From NCBI GenBank assembly GCA_002633005.1, contig NMRA01000072.1, positions 733,957-797,956 on the forward strand: a stretch of 64,000 nt of DNA, read 5' to 3'. The first letter of the stretch is position 1. Every line of letters begins with the position of its first letter. This stretch comes from Phoronis australis (taxonomy: Eukaryota > Animalia > Phoronida). Shown one piece after another: positions 24,201 to 36,200 of this stretch. The translations under genes were made by a program, and so were the position numbers. Under the pieces are notes generated by a model, which searched no databases, was not told the origin of the DNA, and saw nothing but the letters and a program-made list of their open reading frames with translations.

Positions 24201-27200
24201 GCCTTTGTGGTGTTCTACGACATGTACAAATATTTTGTGTTGTGGTCTTCTTGTCATTTGGAGTACCCTAACTGCTGTTTCTCAAAAAGGCTTTCAACCT
24301 TTAACTGATCAGATGTAAGTTTTATTTAGACCTGCCAAATTTACTAGCACGTGACTTTTGTGACAAAAATAAACGTAAAGTTGCAACATTCGGCTGTTGT
24401 GTGTAGTGAACAAGAGGCTTGGTTTTAAGCTTTTGTGCCAGTGAAAAAAGTCATAAAGTTACGGTGTTGAAGTGAAACTGTTCTTATTCCAACATTGTCA
24501 GCTGCCATTGCTCCGCGAAAGTGTCTCAATAAGAAAGACATAAGCGTATCACTTTGACATTCAGACAGTCTTTTGGGGGACATAACATGGATATGCAAGA
24601 GGTAAACTTTACCATACAATTAATTCTCTGATGTTGTTTTTGTCATTTGGAGAAATGTTATAATTTCTTAACTTTGGCACTGAATATTAATTTAGTTAAT
24701 ATTGGCAATCACAACGATAGTTTTGAAATTTTTTTGATGTCTCAACTCATTAGGTTGTGCCATGTACATATTTGTAGATAGGTGATATCTCTTTAATAAT
24801 AACATTACGTTTTGGCCATTGTTTAATGAGGAATAACACAACGAATGCAAGTACATTCATGGTTGCAATATATTCATGGTTGCAATACATTCATGGTTGT
24901 AATATGTTCGTGGTTGCAATTCATGGTTGTAATATGTTCGTGGTTGCAATATGTTCATGGTTGCAATATATTACTAAGACCAGCGCTTCACTTCAGTCAT
25001 CAGCCAACCTCAGGGTTACAAAATAAGTCCAAATAATGGAAATTACAACCTTAAATTAAATCGTAATGCATGAGTCCAACTTTTACCATAACTCTAATCT
25101 GATATCTTTTCAGTTCTTCTAAGGCTTATACTGCACTGTGTTATTGTGCAGTGTGCGTCGTACGCCCCATTGTAGCCTAGACATGTGAACACAGATGCAA
25201 CAGCGTGTCTTTTATCAGAATAAAATGGTGCCACTGAATCGGAATCTGACCTTGATTTGTGTTGATACTTAACGTCCTTCTTCACTGACCACTTTAACAA
25301 AGTGTGTAGTTGTAAAAATTCATGTGACTGGGATACGACATTTAGTAAAATGTGTTCCTACTTTTCATGAGTGACTCTGTGAACTTGAAGGAAAGCCAGC
25401 AGACTGTGAATGCCAGCAAATGCTGTGTTTTATGTGTTTTGGCTGAGAGTAAATATGTGGATTACTAAGGTGAGTGCTTCTGATGTGTATAGGTGGAGTG
25501 AGAATTTTTGTGACTGTAACTGTGCTTTTTAGTTGCCTGGTGTGGCCCTGCATAATCTCACAGTAATTTCCTCTTTTGATTGTTTAGTGTGGTCCTGTTG
25601 AAGAAGTGAGGCTGGTGAGAACGTTTAAAGGAAAATCAAAAGGTTACGCCTACGTTCAGTTTTCTACCATGGTAGGTATGACTTGACTTCTACTTAAAAT
25701 TCATATTTAATGTATTTAAGTTAAATTTCCTTCACACTCACTGTAAGTATGATAACCATGAAGTTAGTTGATTAACCACGGCTGTGATTCTTATAAATTA
25801 AGATCCATCTTTTCAACATCTTAATGAAAGACAGAAACCAGTTCTTCAGCATGGGGAGTTTGTGTGATTAGGGAACCACATGGTTTACCTGAGTGCAGAT
25901 GTTTCTATGGGAAGGTCCCTTGCTTCACTTGTGACACTTGATGAATTTCGAGTTCTTCATTGATTTCAACAGGATTGGATCATCTGCAAGTGATAGATTT
26001 TGACAAACATTGGTCAATGTTTCAGTTACCTGTCGAAGCAGCCCTGAAGCTCGACCGAACGCCTGTTGACGGCCGACCCATGTATGTCTCACCTTGCCAT
26101 AAAGAGACTGCTGCACCGTCCAAGGAGAAGTTTAAGGTATCCGTCAACACAATAGGGTGGTATGAGGCTATGCTTCATTGGGAAGGGTGCCTTCTGATAA
26201 ATGAATTTTTGCTAAGTGGCACTGGTATGAGGGCAATTTTTTCGACTTGAACTGCCTCCTCCCCCGGTTCACTCAGTTGAAATTAATTTGGTGTGTTGAG
26301 GGAATTTCTTACCAGAAGGGCAGTTTTTGATTGTTCAAGGGGACTTTTCGGGCATGGGAAGAAAATTTTGTATGGTTTTTAAAAAATAATAATTTTGCTT
26401 TGGCAACTGAATGGTATGTTTCGTGTCCCACAATTCACCTTTGTGTATCCACAGTTACTGTTAATTCAATAATGGCCTTTAAAAAGCATTGGTGTTTTCA
26501 ACAATTGGTAGATCCTAAATTCTTACTACGCGATGAGACTCATCTAGGTACTCAATGTGCGTCTGGTTTAACTTAACTATGTCAAATGATGCAAAAATGC
26601 AACCTTGAGGGTATGCTGCATACTGGTTAGTTGAAAACCCTTAAGTAGATCCATTTCTATGCTGTTCATACACTTTTCAGTACGCTACATCTATGGAGAA
26701 GAACAAGTTGTTTGTGAAGAACCTGCCCACCACCTGTAGTAAAGAGGCCTTGGAGACCATATTCAGCCAGGTATGATTCTTACTTGGCTACTGTCTCATA
26801 ATGTTTTGACTTAAAGACTTAGACATGGCGAAAGGGAATAGTTGAAGGTAGATTTTACCTGTTAAATTAAATGTCAGTTTTTGACTGAAAGCAGGTTTAT
26901 GGCTGCTTTAGAGATTCCTGACTTGGAATGTGTGTGTGCTTGTGTCACTGCTAAGTGAAGTTTTGTGCATTTGGCTTTATTAGCAGAATATTTACCTTGT
27001 ATGTACATGTTCAATCCATGCAGATAGTTTAGTGAAAGTAGTTGTACTTTCTGAGCGCTACTCTAGGTTTGTGTATGGTGTGGTCAGGTAGGTTTGACTT
27101 ACTGGTGTATTAATCACATTTATTTCATTTCCTTACAGCATGGTAGATTGACCGATGTTCGTATTGTTACATACAGAAGCGGTGCCCCAAAAGGTTTTGC

Positions 27201-30200
27201 CTATGTGCAGTTCCAAAATGAGGTATGGTGCTGTTTACTGATACTTGTTATAATTGTGTTAAAACACTTTGTATCATAAGTGACGGAAGTTACCTTTTGT
27301 CAGTCCATTCACCGTGGTTAACATAACTCTAGGCCCTTCTTGGGCCCTTCTTTGGTGTCCACTGATTGACAGTACTTACCACCCTCTTCGTCATGTGATA
27401 GTCAGGTGAGACACCTATTAGTCATCACCATATGTATCATCTTTGATTTCTTTTTAAACAATTAGCTGTTTAGTACTTAATGTTCCGCACCCGCGCTGTG
27501 GAAGGAGTGTCCCCCGACTGACTGATCGTCGAGTCGGGATGTAGCCGTGTCGCTATCAGTTTGACAGTGGCAATCCAATGTTTACACAGTTCAGCGTTCT
27601 TATTGTCTGCTTTCATCTGATAAGCTCACCTGATCCAGCAATCATGTTGTAAGGCAATGCGCCTCACACTAACCGATATTTAAAAATACTATTTGCAAGC
27701 GACTTTCAACAAATGTCATGAAACAGATGTGTCAACATAAAACGCTTGCTTGACAAGTTTAATGGAGTGTAATTCTAGATTAAATCGTGATAGTGCAAAT
27801 TTCTTGGTTTTTACACTCCAGAAGAATGGTACATAATGCCAACATAGACATCAGGATGTAAGATGTTATTTAGACTTCTCATGATGTTGGCTACATATTT
27901 ACCATTTTAGATCGTAATTTTGGCATGTGCAGTTTTAAAGCACCATGTAACACCAGATTTGAAAACAGTGTTTGTGTCAATGTTTAGGGTGGAAGCTTTT
28001 GTTTTCCTTTTTAACACAAGAGTTCGCGTTACTAATTACACATGGTAAAAGAATAGCAGCTGCTGTGAATGGAGTGCATTGATTGGTTGTGCAAGGAGAT
28101 TATCACCATTAACTTAAGGATTGGTTTTAGTTTGAAGCTTGCCATTTTGGTTTGACCTAATTAGCGCTAGGTGGGTATGAAAAAAATCTTAAAATTGAAG
28201 CGTCAGTCACATCAACTTCTAATTTAAATTGTGTCTATTTTGTCAGCAATGAAAACTGGATAATTGTAACTGGTTATTATTGCATGACCACCGACATTTC
28301 AGTCCCCTAAAATGATAACTTAATAGATAGATATACCATGATATTTAATATTTACAAACCAAGTCGTGGAATATCAAATTTTATGTCAGATGCCAGATGT
28401 CAAAATTTGCAATTTGACCAATCATCACTGTAGAAACTATATAAACTTTGTCTACAAAGTGTGCTGGCGATGCCAGTACATCAAAGTAGGCAATAACATG
28501 CTAATTTTATAAGAGATGAAAAAAGTGGTGGAAAGAACATTTAGTGATCGTGTAATGAAACAAATATAGATAGGTTGCTTGGGCATATCAGGTTTTATGG
28601 ATTGAGGGGAGCAATGTTGTCTGAGGCCCAAGGTTAAGGGTCAAGGGCATCATTACTCTCTCAAGGTACATATGGCCTAATAGCATCCCCAGGATCAATC
28701 CATTTTTGTGCAATGTCTTGTAGTGATCCAGTTAATAAGAGTCATAAGGACAAACATATTTATGACAGTATTAAAATATTTGTGGAATTCAGTTACATAT
28801 GGTGTCATACCTGGCATTCCTTCAGGCTTACTCTTACGTTTGACACATTGCCAACCCCAATCCAAATGTTCCCTGCTGGACACCCATTTGTTACTTACTT
28901 GGAACTTTTAGCTCCTCTAAAGCATTGCTTTGTGAATGCCCATCTACAGATAATGCTAGCTGCCAAAATTGACACAATTCACTTGCCTCTCGCGAACAAA
29001 TGGTTAACTGTACACTTAATCACATTATTTTGACTCTCGTTTTCATTTCAAGTTGGTGCTTTCAGCCTGTAGCAGACAGTACAAAATCCGAACTTTTCCC
29101 TAAATATTTTCCTGCGTATGATTGAATTACATTGTGATATGATGTGGCTACATATCCACATTTCCTCGCACAGCAAGAGGCAGCGCAGGCCGTGCTCAAG
29201 ACGGATGGTTTACAGGTCGGCGAACATCGGATCTCCGTGGCTATCAGTAACCCCCCGACCAGGAAACCACCCCAGGGTCTGAGCTCATTTCAGCCCAGTC
29301 TCGGTGGGGGCAAGAAGGAGACACAAGAGTAAGACATTATCATTTTGAGTGCATGTTGCTGGATAATTTCTCCACGTTTAGCATAAATATGGTGGAAAAG
29401 GGAATTTAATTTTGTTAAATTTTTCAACAAAAATTTTTAACATAAAAATTTGTTGTTTGCATTGTTTCCACAAACACCACTTGGTACAGTTTTGAGTATT
29501 TGTAGCACAGAAGCTTCCAGAAACATAAAATGGCAATTTCAGTAATTTGTTTTCTCTAACTGAAGAAATGTCACTGCAGTTGTCTATTCCTCACTGAATT
29601 TTGGATTTCAGTTTGGATGGAAAATGGAGATTTTGTCTACCTCCTACTCAGCACTTTAAGATTTAAGATGCTATGTCTCATTAAAACTGTGTGTATTTAA
29701 ATTTGTAGCAAGCACCACCTAGTGTCTTCCTGGAGATTGTGTGTACAAGTATAATCACGAAAAGAAACAGTTTGTAATTAAATTGCAGTTTTAAAGAAAA
29801 CACCATAACTGATCCACTTAAAAACAAGTGTGAACATATAGTAATTCCAGATATTACGCAATTGTTATTTCATAGCGAAATAAACAAATTATAAAAACTG
29901 TGCCTTGTTTCATTAGGGTAATTATGAAATATTACCATACTCGTGAAAATAGTTTCGCAAAACGAGACTTTCGCGAGATTGTAATAGTGATTCTCAGATG
30001 GTTTCCAGCACACTGGAGGACCAGGGGTTGTTGGTAAATTAGTACTTCATTTGCATATTCATGATTTAATGAGACTGTGCAACTTTAAAGTAGAAGTGAA
30101 CAGTCCTTATGGGTGGGCATTGTTTTGAGTTTTAGCCCTACTACTTCTAGTCCACCATGAATTTTGCATTTCAGTTTGGGGATTCCAGCATTGTAGCAGA

Positions 30201-30732
30201 TACATGATATATAGGTGTTGTACATTTTACGATCTTTAGTAATCAGGTTTGGTCATCAAACCTGTCATTCAATACTTCCAAAAATTTTGGCCATGGTTTT
30301 AATTCAACCCCGATTTTCTTTGTACTGATGGGAAGTATGCACAATGAGAACTACCGGTATAACATTATAGTACCATTTTCAGTTTTTGAACTTTTGAACT
30401 TTGTGCATTATTAGCAGTTATGCTCAACAAGTTCACAAATGTGGCTTTGAAAGCAAATTAAAACAGTTTGTTCTAATTCACTTCTACACGGCCAGCTTTC
30501 ACCCAGGTTGCCTTTTTTTCTTGTTCACAATATGTAATTAGGACAGTAATAATGTTTATGCAAGAAATGAATGAATTCTAAACTTTCTTCTTGTTTTCCC
30601 GGCAGTCATGGAAAAGCTCGAACACAGGTGTCGCTTGTCCCGCGAGTCCTCCAAAAGAAGCCAGCTACCGAAACTAAGGCTTCAGGAAAGAAAAGTAACC
30701 AAGACTTCAGAGAGATGCTGTTTAAAAAGTAG
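282..30732 (+). CDS. SART3: SART3/p110 (Prp24 orthologue), U4/U6 snRNP recycling factor: HAT repeats, 2 RRMs, C-terminal LSm-interaction motif; spliced
   Basis: Exons, all GT-AG and phase-consistent: 282-443, 4361-4487, 6662-6766, 9430-9614, 9961-10066, 10804-10928, [exon probably missing], 12935-13073, 14001-14108, 15266-15331, 16472-16530, 19441-19550, 19718-19830, 20507-20583, 21566-21691, 22417-22522, 23747-23859, 25588-25671, 26026-26136, 26681-26770, 27139-27222, 29174-29328, 30606-30732 (2478 nt, 825 aa). Recognisable SART3 segments: ARKRMSEIFPLTEELWLEWL, FERALAAAGLHVTKGASLWEAYREFE, RNCPWSVDIW, RRM1 TVFVSNL...KGYAYVQF, RRM2 KLFVKNLP...KGFAYVQF, C-terminal SNQDFREMLFKK. Confidence 0.96.
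757..1528. mobile_element. MITE-like element with ~87-bp imperfect TIRs nested inside the hAT element
   Basis: 757-843 (ggtaattatttacaatatgacgacattgac...) is the reverse complement of 1442-1528 with scattered mismatches; no TSD visible. Confidence 0.65.
1700..1805. repeat. Perfect 39-bp inverted repeat with 28-bp spacer
   Basis: caatgtgcgttttaaggttttaatatggaacagcagtga (1700-1738) and its exact reverse complement at 1767-1805. Confidence 0.9.
5438..6205 (+). mobile_element. Internally deleted hAT transposon remnant
   Basis: TIR CAGGGATA...TATCCCTG; flanks tttctg/attctg; internal ORF 5703-5897 ends KRLSTLNL...FDLQQAVQMW..RR, resembling the C-terminus of hAT transposases after the dimerisation motif. 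Confidence 0.5.
8956..9135. mobile_element. Partial copy of the Harbinger MITE found at 39800-40558
   Basis: tgttccagcaaaatctgtatgggaggggg...atgggtggt repeats match the reverse complement of about 40420-40555. Confidence 0.6.
11283..11632. mobile_element. Kolobok-like MITE, copy 1 (same family as 22710-23068)
   Basis: Co-linear similarity over about 350 bp to 22710-23068; left flank TTAA, right end gtttggtatcctt. Confidence 0.6.
12056..12621. repeat. Homogeneous 21-bp minisatellite (AGTGGTCTAGCAGTGTGACCT)n, about 27 copies, ending at an assembly gap
   Basis: Identical units with no spacers; N at 12622. Confidence 0.95.
15454..16003. mobile_element. Possible Kolobok-like MITE
   Basis: Short TIR AGCACTGCA...TGCAGTGCT; flanks TTAA / TCAA. 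Confidence 0.35.
16625..17303 (-). mobile_element. Probable LTR plus primer-binding site of an LTR retrotransposon, antisense in a SART3 intron
   Basis: On the minus strand: begins TGTTAG (17303), has short internal direct repeats (ttctagaatattcc), TATA box cctataaatac (~17023-17033), ends CTAAAACA (16651), then TGGTGTCAC (16638-16630), a Gypsy-type PBS start. Confidence 0.45.
22292..22400. repeat. Degenerate 23-bp tandem repeat (CTTCCATTGACCTTGACACTGAC), about 5 copies
   Basis: Visible tandem units ending 16 nt before the splice acceptor at 22416. Confidence 0.8.
22710..23068. mobile_element. Kolobok-like MITE, copy 2
   Basis: TIR AAGGATACTAAACCC...GGGTTTGGTATCCTT with TTAA on both sides (22706-22709, 23069-23072). 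Confidence 0.7.
23674..23736. repeat. 12-bp tandem repeat (GAGTATGTAAAT), about 5 copies
   Basis: Four perfect units and one variant, ending 10 nt before the acceptor at 23746. Confidence 0.9.
24846..24970. repeat. ~17-bp degenerate tandem repeat (ATTCATGGTTGCAATAT), about 7 copies
   Basis: Visible tandem units; they explain the repetitive ORFs 24826-25036. Confidence 0.85.
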
Positions 30733-31850
30733 TCATACACTTTGGTAGGGTTTCTCTCCAAAGATGCCGGGTGGTGTTCTCGTTGGTAGCACAGTTAGAA
30801 GGGTTGATACTGAGAGCCCAGGGCCGAAGGTCTAATCTCCTTGCTTGAACTTTTTCTCTTAAATGTTGAAATCAAGCTGAGTATCTTTGATTTGTTACTC
30901 GAGATGAATTGAAAATTTGTTGTTACTTTAGATCAGGCTCAATAAGCTAGCTTGACACACCAATACATTATATCTTCAAAAGTAACAAGACTGGCCAAAA
31001 AGGCTGGTTCCGAGGCCAAATGATAGAGGGCGTGCAAGTTGGTACACAGGCTGTAATGATTACAGCTGATGTTCACCAACTGGTTGTCTTCTTTCATTGG
31101 TCATTTCATCAGTCTATCTAGCTCACAAGCTGATAATGCATATGATTTGCAAATTTGCTATGTCTTGGTTTGTTATTTTACGATTGTGATTTTAACTCAT
31201 CAAGCCTGTAGATTTTGTGGTAAATCCTTTTAATATATTTTTTCTATTTTAGTGTAGCGTGATATTCATTTGCGTGCAGATTGCTGTAACCTTGGTCTGT
31301 TATTCCATTACGCTATTTTAAATTACATGCAAACCAATTTTAAGAGATTATTTTCTTGACAGCAAATTCTAAAAGCCTCGTAAGGCCCATTCGTGTGGGT
31401 TGTTTTAGCATTTTTTCTGGAATCTGAAAGTTTATCGCATGAATGCAAAAATTGCTCGTTAGCTTTTTTCTCTCAAATAAAAATTTTGCAGAGAAGCAAT
31501 CTTAAAATATTTTCCAAAAAGTCACAAGCTGGCATTTATATTGTAACCAAAGTTTTGGAATAAGAAACACATGAAACAAAGAGCTTTTAAGCTGTCATAT
31601 AGTGTAGAAAATATGCAAATGTTTTGTTAACCAACACTGTGGCCATGATTTTTGCTTATTTCGCCCTTTTCCGTTTCCCGAGAGAACTACTGCTGTTTAA
31701 AGCTTAGTTTGGTAAATTCTTAATATGACTGGTTAGATGCTAGGACATTGTATGCTTTGCATTAATGTTATTCTATCATCCATGCACTATGCACTAGTCT
31801 CTGTTCATGTACACCATATTTATTGTTTACGGGAGCTAGTGCTAAGCTAC

Positions 31851-31856
31851 AATAAA
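31851..31856 (+). terminator. Candidate SART3 polyadenylation signal (alternative AATAAA at 31476-31481)
   Basis: AATAAA downstream of the stop at 30732, followed by T/GT-rich sequence. Confidence 0.4.
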
Positions 31857-33263
31857 AGTATCATTTTCTACTTGTTGTGTTTAAATTCCCTAGAACAGCA
31901 AATGTGAGTTGTATCATGTAACAATGTCATTATCCAAGCATGGCCATGAGTGCGTTCAGTGAGGAGTTCATGTCTGTTAAACCCAACCAGTCTTGGCTCC
32001 CCTGAGAGGGAAGAGGTTTGTGACTTCTGAGGGTAATTTTTTTTCCAACCCCTCTTCGCCAATCCTCATCGGGGTATTGCCTCTGGTTATCCAAAAGTAA
32101 CGTTTACAGAAGTAATTCTAAGTCGGATAGATAATTTGGGGATGAGGAGAGTTTTGCATGATTTTTAAGTATTTTTCGTATGGGATTGGAGCTGATATTC
32201 GACCCCGAAATCGAGGGCCCTGACTGGTGAAATTGTGATGTGTCGTTAATCTCATTATTAGTAACCCTAAAAGTATGACTCAACAAATCTCGGAATTGCC
32301 TGATCAAATTCAAAAGAAATTTTCTGATCAATCATATTGCAATTTATGACTTGAAAGTTTTTAAAATGTTTCATTTTGCCTAAAGTTCTATTGTTGAAAA
32401 TTGTTGCTTCGTCAAATTTAGTGATTTTTATGTAAAATTAAGGTGCATCAATCAAAATTAAAAAGATGATTTAGACAATTACAAGTGAAATACATTTTCA
32501 TCTTGCAGGCTTTCATCTAAACAAACTTAGTTGTGTTTTTATGCTGTTTTTATTACGAATGTAGCTTTCTTCATTGGTTAATTTTACTGAAGATGACGCA
32601 TTAGCCAGTCAATGGTAGATTGGTACAAGTCCAAAATTGAACAACACAGCAATGCATTCTTCTGTTAATAATAGTAGTAAAAGTGCAGTCACTGATAAGG
32701 TTACTCGCAAGCTTGATAACTTTCTTTTTTTATTGCAACTGCAGCTCGTGAGGAAAGAAATGCTCATAAAAACTTTAAAGTGGTTTATGAGAATGCCAGA
32801 GTAAGGCGAGATGACTCCTGCTCTGCAGTGTAAACAGAACCTCAGGAAACACTTATTGCGGACCAGGATAATTACATGCTCACAGCATTAACATTGGATT
32901 TTAACAGGATTGTTTCTCGTAGGGGAAGTTTTACTCGTCAGCTTAAACCTGGGGTGTTGATTATCATTCATATGCAGGCACTGAGTTTATCAAGCCTTAC
33001 TATGTGGATTGTAACGAGCATGCTCATTGCTTAAACAGCTTTCGCACAGCCTGCATGCAACTGTAAATATAAATAAGTGGTTGAAAACACAATATGATAA
33101 CGGCTGTCTAGAGACAACAAAAGGAGTAACCTAAGTTAACGTGGCATTCATGTGATACACAGCTTCATGTACTTCCATAGTGTCAAGGAGTTGACAAGTT
33201 AATACAAAATTTGAACTGAGTGTCTACGAATTCAAGTATCCTCTACACAATGGAGGGCCTGTC

Positions 33264-36200
33264 TCACGCCGAGCTCAGTATTTGCTTTCTGTCACTACTG
33301 AAGTTAAAAGAGTCTATGACACTGGGTGGTATCTTGAACTTGAGTGGACTTCGATGGTCAGCCAGTCCAAACATGTTGATGACAGCATCTTTTGCAGCCA
33401 TTTCTTCAGCAATGGACACTGTTTCTCCTGGAGCTGAAATTGAGAGATTATCAGGCTTAAGGAATGTGGTGCATGACAGAAACAAAGCATCTGAAAACCC
33501 ACTGGGAGCTGTGGCTCACGAGGTGTCAAGCTATTAGATTAACAGATAGTACCACTCCATATTTGCTTCTAAAACATATGTTGTACAAAAGTAACGAGCT
33601 AAATTTGAGGTTCAATATTAAACCTAGGATTTTACTATTTTATCAAAAAATTAGATCGCTTTATATAGCTTTGAATGAATAAAATAAGTAACTTATTTTT
33701 ACAAGAACTGATCAGAAGAAAGCAAGTGGGTATCAGGAAACAGGCAATGCTTTCTTGAAAAATCAAAGACGTAACCTAAAGGAGATATGAACCTGCAATC
33801 TGTGAACACATTAATTTAGACAAAGCCCCATAACTACGGTCTCAAACTGCTCCTTACTCAGATGAGAGAAGTGACACCTGGGCTTGAAAAGGAATAGCAG
33901 CATCTAGAGTGGCCATTGTTTGTAGTGAACTGAATGACAAAGTGGCCATTGTTTGTAGTGAACTAAATGACAAAGCACATGTCTGGCACATGTACCAGTT
34001 TGCCTGCAACTGCCATTTCTTCTGAAGTCAAGAAATGGGAGAAAAGAGCATGTAGAAACACATTTAATGACACCAAGTGCATTGAATAAAAAGTTGGTTT
34101 ATTTATGGAAGACGAGTTTACTGTAGCTGTAAGATTAGCTGTTGTGCAACCACCACCAAATGTTTGATGACCATCAACAATAAACTTTGCAGCCATTTTT
34201 AGAACTTTGTCCAAAGTGTTCTAAATTGAAAAGATATTTGATTTGCTTTGTTGAGGAAATTTCCATCACAGATTTGGAAATAACCTTCATGGGGTACAGG
34301 TTGCGAGGAAAATCCATCCACCCAAACTTCTCTCCAAACAATTGTGTCTGGTGCAGATGACTTCAGAAATGCGACCTCTAAATTAGGCTCCATGATCTTA
34401 AAAAGTAATTGAATAATATACCTTGACCAATCAACTCCTTGTCCGAGTATATTCCCACGACGAAACAGGCCATGACTGAGCTTGGACCAGCTTCTCCAAT
34501 TAACCTAATGAAAATACACACTCCTGCATCAAGAATGGTATAACCATGGAAACAAAAGAAACAAATGAATTCAATTGAGAAGCACTCAAGGTCATTACCA
34601 CTGCTACCATGATATCTAAAGGCACTTCCTACATAATTTCTGTTTGTTTATCTAAACCGTCTTGTGTAAAAAGCCCTCTTTACTTACACCACTTACTGCC
34701 ACTAATTTGTCGCTTACTCCGATTACAGATTCCTGGATTTAGGAAGAACTGGCTGTTTATTATTGCTTGAGATCAAACTCAATAAGGTGGATTGACACGA
34801 CGTGTCATTTTATGCGACAAACATGGTCTCAAGCACTCCCAAACTGTCACTTGTTGATCCGAGTAAGGAACAATTCAAGACCAATTATATAAATTAAATG
34901 TAAGTGGTCAAAATCAAAGATGGATTCATCGCTGCCTTAATATATTTTTCTTTTGGCGGTCTCGGCAACAAGCAGCTAACGAGCTATCCAGAGGTCTTCC
35001 ATTAACACAAAATGAAAATTTTGTACTTATATTGAATTTCCTTCCTTTCTGTTGCTCAAATACAATTACCACAACTAGTACTACTACTACTTCTACTACT
35101 AAACTATTAACATTTCTGTGCCCCATTGCAATGTGAGACTGATGGTCTGGAACACAGAACTCTCTTCAACAACTGAACTGCTAGCTGAGCCAACAAGACT
35201 GGACAACAGAGGGAGTCTGGTCATAATGAAGTAAATGTTGGGGGATCACCTTGGTTCTGGGAGACCCCTGTTTTGTTGTTGCAGTACGTCTGTCAGTACA
35301 CCCATGGGGTTGACCATTGTCCACAGCTCACGCAGGTCTTCGCCTATCAACTGGGTGAGAATGAAGTCTTGAACAAATACCTTGGCCTTTTCTGTACCCT
35401 GCAACAGGCCAAGCACAGATGCCGAGAGCAAAACATTTCTGTCTCGAGAGTATCCACCATCGCATACTTTCATACAGCAATATGGGATGCTTATCCAAAG
35501 AGCATTCCAATGCAGGTGAACATTTGCTTTAAATCTATTCAGTTAATAACAAGACCATTTCTTCACAAGTCAGCTGTCTCCCACTGTTCATCCAATCTAA
35601 CATTACACAACTGCTAAGCACTGAACCTAAGCGACACTGTCAGAAACCAAGCAGAGAAGCTATCAAATGTTAGATTTCTGCACACCTCAGTGTTCAGCCT
35701 ACATGTCCAAGCACCGGGATCTAGTTTACATGCCTTTCAACATTTTTGGGATCATTTAAAGCTTTTGGGTTCTGTGAGAACAGTCGTTAAATCATTACAC
35801 AAAACAAGCACAGGAACACGACCAATGAGAACTTGGAAAAATGAGGCGAATTCGGTGACACTTTATCAAACAGTGGAAGATTTGATACCAGGAAATAAAT
35901 AGAATTATCATTTCTTCAATTTCATTTCTCATAACTTGAAAAAACACGTCCAAAGTAACACACTCAATGAACTTTTACCTTAACTGTGATAAGTGACAAA
36001 AAAACGCAAATCTCGGGCAAACACCGTAAGCAGTGCACAGTGGTAAATGATCCATGAAGTTTACATATTGACCACATGAGTACACCTGCACCTACCTGGT
36101 CTTCAGCCAGTCCACCAATCACAGCCAGGAAACTTTTAATGAGCACCTCAGTAGGCACTGGGAAATCCTGGAGATAAACAAAATGATTGTACGAACACGT

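Noticed and set aside
32585-32620. Hammerhead-like CTGAAGATGAC...GTC
   Set aside because: Lacks the GAAA box and a convincing stem II.
33220-35617. Plus-strand ORFs 33220-33537 and 35273-35617
   Set aside because: Antisense shadows of MRPL44 exons.
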